DNA from: Geosiphon pyriformis uo1 | Taxonomy: Eukaryota > Fungi > Glomeromycota | Assembly: GCA_016748015.1 (NCBI GenBank) | Contig: JAAOMT010000097.1 | Location: 195,526 to 219,493, forward strand | DNA: 23,968 nucleotides | Direction of reading: 5' to 3' | Shown: piece by piece, positions 11,180 to 20,146 of the stretch | How the letters are laid out: every line of letters begins with the position of its first letter | Position numbering within the stretch: position 1 is the first letter of the stretch | Position numbers and translations under genes: made by a program | Notes under the pieces: model-generated | The model's input: only the letters and a program-made list of their open reading frames with translations | Told to the model about the DNA's origin: nothing | Databases searched by the model: none

Positions 11180-13181
11180 TCAAAATATTGCTCCAATGAG
11201 GTAAAGATCCACTGTTCTCTCCGATTGCACATTCCCGCCATAGTCACAAACCCAGCGATCCCTAGTATAATCGCTATGATATTAGGCAAAAGAAATATAA
11301 CACAGATTAATTGAAAACATAGGCGGAACTTACGCGGCGGAAAAACATTCTCCAATATATCCCGTGTCATCGTCAGCTGGATTAACATCTTTAAGAGAGT
11401 TCCAGATCTGATTCGTTTCATCGACGACATCGTCGCGTTCTTCAAGAAGACGTGATAAATGTGCGCAGAGCGTCTTCGCATTGCTGAAATCGGATCTGGC
11501 AACCGAATCGCATATGCTTCCACATATGCTTTCGGACACCTCTCCGATCGACGTGACGTTGCTGGCAGTAGTCTTCAGAAGCTCTGAAATCCCAACGATG
11601 CCCCTTGTACGGTACTCCTTCCCGAGGACATGAAGGCTTAGAATATCGGATGTTGAGATAGCCTCAAGGATCGCATTGACGGATGGATTTAAGGCAGATT
11701 CAGCAGAGACGATATTGACGGCGAACTGTTCTAGTCGTTTGAACTCATCAGGTTGTAATAACTCCTTAGCACGGGGCAAATCTGGACATGGAGAAATCTT
11801 TTCTGGCCGCAAATCAACAATTCCCCACCAGAGTGGGCTATAGCAATGGCTGATGTATTAGGTCTCCATAACAAGATGCTACAGCGAACAAAAATGCCTT
11901 ACTTTGTGTGGGCGGCCGCATCGTCCCTCCGTATGATATTGATCGCATCAATCACAGCCGTATACGATGGTTCTGTCCATATGGAAGTAAATCACTAGTG
12001 GGTTTATGTTACCAATAATGATCACACCCTCACATTTCTCACCTTCATCCTCAACGTTTGCAGCCAGCTGCTTGCCGCTAGTAGATACTTCTGTTACGCA
12101 TTTATCTTCAATTTCTTCAGATTCGTTGACCGGATCGCCTGCGACATCTCCATCGCTGCTAGTGTCACTGTCGTACTCATGTCCTGTTTCGCTCTCTCCT
12201 CGGCGCCGCTTATGAGTCGGAGCGAAACGAGTCGTTGCTGCCGTGGCCGTAGCTTGAACTGCCACATTATCAATTTTGCGCTACGTTTATATGTATAAGC
12301 TATGTATAAGCGGAGAATATTTGCGCATCAAGTCAAGGAGGAAAAGGGAAGGACATACGTTTCCGACTCTGTTATCGATCGCGAGATCTACTAGTGTTGT
12401 GTGGTTTCTTTTCCAAATCGCATTGATAACAGGATCTTTTTTATTTTTTTGTCGCTGCCAGAGATATGGAAAAAAAACGTAAGTATGCATCAAATCATAA
12501 AGTAAATCATAAAGTATCAATGTGCGCAGCCGCGCACACGATGATGGAATCCGAAAGTCCAGATCGTAGTTCATGCTTCCCACTTCGGGCAATCAGACAA
12601 TTGCCTTGTGCAAACAAGATTGCTCGACAGACATCGCAGGGTATGGCTCGCGCGCTCCCAGCATAACGACACGTGCATGGTGCGGTAAGATGATAATTGT
12701 AACCTTGACCGCAACACCTTCTTCCCCACCCGAGTAGACGGACGAAAACTCGAGTAATCAACATGACGTTGCGGGGCGTAGCACTAATCGCAGAGGCCGA
12801 GCTTTTTACCAAAGAGGATTTCGGAGGAAAAACTGACCTTCAGTTCGGCTTTGAATGCATTCGCCTTATGCCATGCCGGACTTTTCTCTGGCAGGTGGCT
12901 GATAAGAATTTGGATATCCATTGCCAGTGTTGTGTGCGCTTGCTGGTGCGATGCACCAGGCACTTCGTCGATAAAATTCAAGTCCCAGTCTGCTACGCTC
13001 CCCCACTTTGCGAAAGGCTGACTCCAGTACTCTGGGCGAGAGATATTCGTGTTAGTTAGTGTCCACTAGCTAATGGTGAAATGAGAATGAGCCAGGTTAC
13101 ATGATAGATAGGCTGCTTACTGGGGTACTGGAGCCTTCGCGTGACTTCAGCAGATAGGATAAAGATTGGGTTGGACGACAT
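11180..13181 (-). pseudogene. Multi-exon hypothetical protein of a family I associate with Mucoromycota/Glomeromycotina; 3' part destroyed
   Basis: Seven exons splice in phase via GT-AG introns: 13181-13121 MSSNPIFILSAEVTRRLQYP; 13031-12838 KYWSQPFAKWGSVADWDLNF...AELK; 12454-12359; 12280-12043 (acidic); 11972-11903; 11837-11334 NPLWWGIVDLRPEKISPCPDLPRAKE...; then DYTRDRWVCDYGGNVQSERTVDLYLIGAIF* where the sequence decays to AT. Branch-point ACTAAC in intron 1. The family assignment is from recollection of YW..P..WGS..DWD, NPLWWG.VDLR and SERT motifs. Confidence 0.75.
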
Positions 13182-14066
13182 TGATATCAGTGCCAGCTTG
13201 TAAAGTGAAGCCAAGAGTGGTGGCAAAAGGCAAAGGAGAAAAAAAAATCACAAGGTCACTGTTGTGACTGGATTTGTGGGATCGTTTCTCAATTAAAGGC
13301 ACGCCAGATCACACAGTTTTTACGCATTGTTTATTACTACGTGAGTCTCTCTGGCTATATAAAGGAAAACATTGACCGACGTCACGCATTCTGACACGTG
13401 AACATACAAGACTCCAACAGTCACGAGCAAGCGGTAACACCAGCCCCCGCATAGCAGTCATCTTCGCGCGTACCGAGTTTACTGTATCATCCTACCCACC
13501 CACCCTCACCTATAGTGTACATATGTACCATATCAACAGATTGGCCCTCCGCGTGTCACGCGAGCGGCCCAGAAGACCGCCTTCCAACCAGCACACCGCG
13601 TCCTAGCTCCCTCAAGCAACAAAATCACAAGAAAAATTCCTCTCCCAGCTGCTCAGCGGAACAAGAGACTTTCCACCCTGTGGCCGTTCCTCACGTATTG
13701 CCTGTCGTCCAGTCACAATTGTCAACATTAGCTATAGACTTTTCAACAGTTGATTAACCTGTCGTTCTGCAACCCCAATGGCTCCGTGACACCATTCCGG
13801 CCAGCAATGCCCTTTCCCTATTCACCACGGCCGATCGGCGGGTGTTGGCCTTCCCCGCGTTGCGCGAGCGGCCCGAAAGCCTAGCTTCCAATCACCACAC
13901 CACGTCCCTCACGTGTAGCCAGGTACGATTGCTGTCCTTCAACAAGAGCCACGATGCGCTAGAAGTCTCCCCGGAAATGACAAGCGTAGCACTTCCTTCT
14001 ATCGATGAGTTTATGTTGTGGTTCAAAATGGCATATGTAGGATTATCCCCATATAAAAATAATTTT

Positions 14067-14477
14067 ATGAGACTAATTTACATCAAATCTACAATGGAAC
14101 CAAAAAACTATAGTACCATCAGAAGCATTTTAAAAAAAGAACAAGGCGAGAAAATTGCTCCTTACGTTTTTAAGATATCTGATACGAAAGCTATAAAAGA
14201 ATATTTGGATAAAGAGAGAATAACCTATGAAATCTACCAGCAATTGCATATCATTTCTAATAGAAGTATAAATACCGCTTACCAAGATATTTCTGGACGA
14301 AATCAGCAGGAATTAAATTCTAAGAAACGAATATCGTCAGAAGCCCTTCAAGAACCAAGGAAAAGGAGAAAAGTATCAGAAGTATATAGGATTAACCCTA
14401 TATATTTTAACACACTGCATAGAAGAAGTTTTACAAAACCAGACAAACTGAAAATAAAATATATTATATGGTTATGA
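14067..14477 (+). CDS. Hypothetical Lys-rich intronless ORF heading the code-4 block; true 3' end uncertain
   Basis: ATG at 14067 follows an AT-rich leader where composition shifts. MRLIYIKSTMEPKNYSTIRSILKKEQGEKIAPYVFKISD looks protein-like. Its end overlaps the next gene's start. The upstream extension to 13842 looks like chance. Confidence 0.45.
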   Translation: MRLIYIKSTMEPKNYSTIRSILKKEQGEKIAPYVFKISDTKAIKEYLDKERITYEIYQQLHIISNRSINTAYQDISGRNQQELNSKKRISSEALQEPRKRRKVSEVYRINPIYFNTLHRRSFTKPDKLKIKYIIWL

Positions 14478-16196
14478 TGACCGAATACGAAAAAGCAATT
14501 GAATTTTTGAAAGTAGGTTGTGGCTGCGGTTGCTCTTCCAAAGTTCCCACGGAAGCGTTTGCCGAGATGCGCGAGGCTTTCCAAGCCAGAACAAGACATC
14601 TTTTTAATGGCCCAACTTAAGGCCATGGATGGTGGATCCATAAGTGCTAGTCGCCGTCTTAAGAAAAAGGTCCGCGTCAATAAAAGGACTTTATACTGCT
14701 GAGACAGCAATACATCTCTTTGTCAGAAAACCTATTTGAATATGCTAGGCATTGGTCGATCTCATTTTGAGAATGTACGAGATCATCTGCTAAATAACGG
14801 CCTTCTTTCCAGGGTTCATGGTAATGTAAAAAGAATGCCGCGGTGAAAAACCAAGATGGTTATTGATAAAGACGTGACTACCGCAGTGAAAAATTTTCTC
14901 TTAAATTATGCCGAAGTCCATGGTTTACCTAGCCCAGTCAGAAATGTTAATCGCGTGACTCAATCAATTACCTTTTTACCAGCGGAAATGAGCTACAAGT
15001 CCGTTCACAGTGATTTTTTATCCGGACTAGAAGATGGTAGTACTCTGTGCGCACTCAAATATGATGCTTTTCGCAAACTATGGCATCACCTAACTCCATA
15101 TACCCAAATCATGAGTCCTCGAACCGATTTATGTGATACCTGTCAACACTTGCGGAATGACTTGCAATTCAAAGCTCGCAAAGAAGAAGAGGCCCGGGAT
15201 TTATTAAAAAAATATAAAGAGCATCTTGCCAAAGCCAAGTTAGAGCGTGACTATTACAATAGAAATACTAGGCTAGCCGGAGAACAAAGGAAACTTGTTG
15301 ATCAGAACTATTCTATGCTGAAAGGCAAGCCATTGCACTGCAACATTAACGCGGTCGCGCATTACAGTTATGACTGGGCCCAAAACGTCCACGTACCTCA
15401 TTCTGATCAACAGATTGGCAAAATATATTACCTTAGTGCTCGTAAAGTGCACCTGTTTGGTATCCAAGATGAAGCGGTGCATGAGCAAATTAATTACGTT
15501 CTTGACGAGAACGAACTTCTTGGAAAGGGTCCGAATGGTACGTTAAGCCTGGTTTTCGATGGAATTAAGCAATTGAATAAAGGCGAAAAGCATTTGAAAG
15601 TCACTTGCGACAATGCAGGCGGACAAAACAAAAACAATACCACTCTTTGATTTTACCTGTACCTGGTAATTGTTGGCTATTATGAAAGTATTGAATTGAA
15701 CTTCATGGTTCCGGGCCACACTAAATTCAAGTGTGATGGTAGTTTTGGTTTGATCAAAAGACTCTATCGCAAAACTACAGTAGATTGTGTTGATCACATT
15801 GTAGATGTGGTGAAAAGGTCCAGTATTGCAGGACTAAATAAAGCTCAGCGTTACAATGGCAGAGACGGCTTTCAATATTTTGACATCATAAGTGGTCTGG
15901 AAACCTACTTTAAAAAACTGCCTGGTCTGCAAAAGTTTCAGCATTTCCTCTTTACCAGTGCTAATCCCGGTGTAGTAAATGCCCAAGGAGTTGCTAACGG
16001 ACCTTTCCAAGAATTCAAATTATTAAAGGCTGAGAAATCAGATGCTCCAAGAGTGATAAAGAAAATCAAGACCTTGTCATTTCCAGTGCTAATGCCTCCT
16101 GCTATGGAATTGAAACGCCAGGAATACCTTTATCACAATATTCGCCCCTTTGTTCGAGATGAATTCAAAGATATTACTTGTCCAAGACCAATCTAA
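14468..16196 (+). pseudogene. Sola/DUF7869-like DDD transposase, readable with TGA=Trp, one frameshift near 14580
   Basis: MVMMTEYEKAIEFLKVGCGCGCSSKVPTEAFAEMREAFQA / LSKPEQDIFL...; then one frame to 16196 interrupted only by TGA at 14700, 14844 and 15648. Motifs: RVHGN, HGLPSP, PRTDLCDTC, SYDWAQ, CDNAGGQNKNN, FMVPGHTKFKCDGSFGLIK, terminal YLYHNIRPFV..CPRP. Confidence 0.8.
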
Positions 16197-16235
16197 TCTA
16201 CACTGTCAATAAATAAAATTATTTATATTGCCAAT

Positions 16236-17193
16236 ATGAATAATCAAAACCAAATTTCATGTCTCCACTGCTTTATCAAAGAACAGGCAAAAGTCAAAGG
16301 GAGAAAGTTAAAAATTATTTGCGATTGGGATGAATGTTTAACACCTTCTAAGCCTTTCCTTCTGTGGGAAATTGGAAACAGAAATATGTCTTTTAAAAGT
16401 TATTTTCAAAGTTTTTGAGAGAAAGCAGAAATTATGCTCTATGATCCCGATGGTTTTACTTTAAGTCCCAAGAGTAAAATAAATGATAACCAAGACTGGT
16501 GAAACTATTCTTACATTGATAAGAGTGACGTTAATGAGATAATCAATATAAAATCACTAAGTGATCGAAAGGAAAGGTGGAAAATGAAGCAAAAGAATCA
16601 TTATAGTGATCAGCCTGATTTCTATGATCGGGCTCCTTCCCTTTCTATAGCCAGAGAATTGCTATTGGCTTTAAAGGAGGATCTGGTTGAAGAATTGATC
16701 ATTTTAACTGCTGCTATGAAAGGAAGATATCCTAATGATGGTGGTAATCCCAAAAAAATTAAGAAGATTGAGGAAACTTTCGGTCATTTTCCTCAGTGTA
16801 AATTGAAATTCATCCCAACTGTCAAAGAGAATGATGGTTATTTTCCTCTAAGATGGGTGTGAATGAAAGAAAATACACCGGATTTCGATATTTTTATTGA
16901 TGATAATCCAGTTATAGTGCAAAAAGCGAAGGAAACTTTCCCCGAGAAAATTTATATTCTACCTAATTATGCTCCGAACAGACACAACAAAGCCCCGAAC
17001 ATTTATCATCTAAAAACCAGTGTCAATGATTTAAAAAATCAAGATTTCGCCATTGCTGCCTTAGAACTAAAAAATAAACAATTAGAACAAAAACTAAAAG
17101 CTCTGCAAACACGAGAGAGTTTTTTGGATGATAATCAGTGGATCACTACTTTTTCTCTTAGTTGTTTTAGTGTTTAAAAGGAAAAAGAAATAA
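16236..17193 (+). pseudogene. HAD-superfamily phosphatase/nucleotidase-like protein in genetic code 4, with coiled coil and a frameshifted C-terminal TM anchor
   Basis: ORFs 16236, 16584 and 16863 join in one frame through TGA at 16416, 16500 and 16860 (313 aa to TAA 17177). HAD motif I KIICDWDECL, motif II IILTA, motif IV IFIDDN. The +1 frame at 17122-17193 gives FWMIISGSLLFLLVVLVFKRKKK*. Confidence 0.8.
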
Positions 17194-18007
17194 AAGTGCA
17201 AAAGAAAAGAGAAAGAGAGGTTGAAAAACAAAGAACAGTAGGCTATATTTTGAGCTGTTTACTCTGATTATCTTATATGGTGGATATTGAATCATTAAGC
17301 GAAAATAAAATCTTCAAGCCTGATGACCGAGTGACGTCACATGTTCACTTTGTCTGGTTTTGTTGCAGCACGCCCCATATTTATTAATAAATTTCTAAAA
17401 TTTGGTATAGTCGTTAGGCTAGCCGGTTAAACGCGACAGTTTTATCCAGCGCCGGTTTAGACAAGTTTCACTTGTACAGTTAGATAGATACAATATCACA
17501 TGCAAATAAAGCCTGTTTTAAAGTCACAGCTGTGAATAATAATAACAAATTAGTTAATCTTAACCACACCAGCATCTTGGAGTTTATTTAAAACATAAAG
17601 TTGAATCCAAAAATCAAATTTTCTATAATTAATATTTTTTAATAAAAACCATTATTGTATTTGTTCACTTCGAAAAGTACTAATTGTTTCATTTTTTTTT
17701 GTTAATTATATAAACAAATAAAAATCATTTAAGCTTATTAAATATATTTTATATATAATAAATATTACTCATTTTAAGCGCAGCTTCAATTTTAAAAACA
17801 AAAATAAAGACTGTTCCAACATGTTTCAACTAGAATGGCAAGAGAAATAGTTTGTTTATAACATAACATTTGCTCATTTTGTAATAATCCAGTAAAATAT
17901 AAAGAAAATGAAAGTAACTTACAATATGTATTGTATTTTTTGATGTTTTATATGTATTAGACTTCTTAAAAATAATTCTGAACTGTATTTAGAGAATTCG
18001 GATTTTG

Positions 18008-18652
18008 CTAACCATAAGTTGAAATTTGACCAACACCCATCTCACCCCACCCACCGAGATCTTCAGACCTATCGTTGGAATCATCAACGATTGACTCTTG
18101 TTGAATATCAGTTGGCTTTTTTATTGAGGGGGAGGTACTTTGAATGGATTGGGGAATTAGCTGAATTTTGGGAACTTGGTCATTTTCATCATTTTCGGGA
18201 TCAGTATCCGAATCTTCAGTTGACCATTCGTCATCTTCCAGTATCATCAAAATATCTTCTTTTGTAGGCGAATGAGTTGTTTTGAAGACCTCATGGCTAT
18301 TTTCATCATCCTTAAATTCCATTTCAATGCTCCCCTTATTTTAAAATTCTTTTACTTCTGAATGTTTAGCAGGCCATTCCCCATTTTGTATATTCGTACT
18401 GGACAAGCTTTTGTTAACCTTTGCACCTTCGTCACCCATTTCTTCCCAACCACCTAGCTCTTCTTGGACTGAATCTTCATCGAAATTATTCCCAGAGGAT
18501 GAATTATCTTCATTTTTATCAAGTTCAGACGAAAGAAATTTGATATTTTTAGGTAGAGAAGGCTTCGTGGATGTTGTGGTACTGTTACTCGTGTATAATT
18601 GCGGGATGTGCTTCGGCCATAGTGAGAGCCGATGTTTGAATTTTTGATTCAA
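18008..18652 (-). pseudogene. Degraded acidic low-complexity ORF with a repeated E(E/D)LGGWxEMG motif
   Basis: Two ORFs (18341-18652 and 18008-18322) share a frame and are separated by a single TAA. Each has one copy of the motif. Further stops lie upstream and there is no clear start. Confidence 0.45.
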
Positions 18653-18906
18653 CCAGAGTTTGTTTTATGGGGTCTAACGTTCCAGTTGGTTATTGCAAGG
18701 TTTTAGATCATTCACCACCTCCCCTCCAGGGGGCATTCGAGATTCTTCACAGGGAGATTGATCAGGGAGTCTAGGGGAGTGGGGCTACATGGCGTTGCTG
18801 TATGATTTTCGTGCGTTGCTCGGCAATGCAAAGGAAAAAAAAAGTTAAGATGGAAAATTTTGCAGTTAATCAAACAACTACTGAAGAGAGCCGTCGTTCA
18901 CACAAG

Positions 18907-19087
18907 GCCGGCCATCCACTAGACGATGACTTGCCATTCCTGGCTTCCGAAAGACCTAAACTCTGCCGCAGACGCCCTGCATGCTCGACAAACCCAATAA
19001 TTTTGTATCCCGAAGACAGCCGGCCACCCACTAGACGATGACTTGCCATTCCTGGCTTCCGACAGACCTAAACTCTGCCGCAGACGC
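18907..19087. repeat. 69-bp direct repeat pair (18907-18975, 19019-19087), 2 mismatches, 43-bp spacer
   Basis: gccggcca(t/c)ccactagacgatgacttgccattcctggcttccga(a/c)agacctaaactctgccgcagacgc occurs twice, offset 112 bp. Confidence 0.95.
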
Positions 19088-20146
19088 TTACCTTCGTTCT
19101 TACAAAATTATCTAATAAGTTGTAATAAGTAAATTAAACGCCAACTAACCTGATTGTGAATTTTACCACCGCGCTCAGCGACTATATGAAAGACTTCCGC
19201 TGTTTACAGCTTAGAAATTTAGAAATTTCTTAACGTAATCGATAGATCAGGTGATATGCGAACAATTGCCTATTTGGAAATTAAATAAACAATTGCTTTT
19301 GTGAAATCAATGGACTCACTTTGTCTTATTCCCGATCTTCCAGACCTTAGTCCAGTCGAACCATTAGCTTGGACTCTTTTGATTCTGGGGTCCTATTATT
19401 TATAATCCAAAAAGAGTAATATATAAAAACTTAATTGGATTACCAAAGCCAGATTGCAATTGATCTTGAGTGACGCTTAAGATTTTACTGCTACTCGAGC
19501 AATCATTTCATTAGGATTAATGTTTATTGCTTTCTTCAAAGTTTCTAAGAAAGGTGGAGACGCTCTCCAGAACTTGTCAACCTGGACTGAATTTGTTTCT
19601 TCCTAAATGAACAAAACAGAGGAAAAAGCCCATTCAGACGTATCCAGTGAGTTGTCAGACGTATCCCTAGCACCTCTTGGGCTAGACGCCCTCTTTGCGA
19701 TTAACATATAATATGACAGAGTTGTTGTCAAACCTTAAATTTCTCTAAAACCTCTTGCGCCAATTTTCAAACTGTCTCATTACTGCGGGACTCTATTAAG
19801 CTCAGATCTTTCCAAATAGCCCAAGTATGTCTTGTAAACACGATGCTCACTGGCTTTGTCACTAAAATCGGGAGCATAGAACATACTCCATTGTAAAAAC
19901 TTTTCTAAACACCATGATATACTGTTTTCAAAATAGCAGGTCAGACATTTATATCAACAAAGTTCGAGTTTTCGCGACGCGTGCCAGGGGAAATTTGCAA
20001 AAAGTGTTAGTCCCGTGATTGCTTAATCATAAATTGAGCGTGACCCACGTGAGAAAGCCTCTCGTGATTCATTATTATTACTTATTAGTTTAAAAGATTC
20101 CTCTAATAAGCATTTCCGGCGTGCTGTTTCACCCGTACCGTCAGGA

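Noticed and set aside
13515-14066. ORF 13515-13757 and the N-terminal extension 13842-14066
   Set aside because: No motifs, non-ATG starts, and a composition break at ~14030 indicate chance open frames.
14040-17200. Mitochondrial insertion (NUMT) as the source of code 4
   Set aside because: Fungal mitochondria can use TGA=Trp, but a HAD enzyme with a TM tail and a Sola-like transposase are not typical mitochondrial or mitochondrial-plasmid genes. Disfavoured but not formally excluded.
13260-17480. Terminal inverted repeats around the transposase block
   Set aside because: Only short chance-level matches (e.g. GTGAACAT/ATGTTCAC, GACGTCAC) found by eye. An einverted search is needed.
18907-19087. 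Mini CRISPR array
   Set aside because: Only two repeats, 69 bp is too long, no clear palindrome, and no recognisable cas genes.
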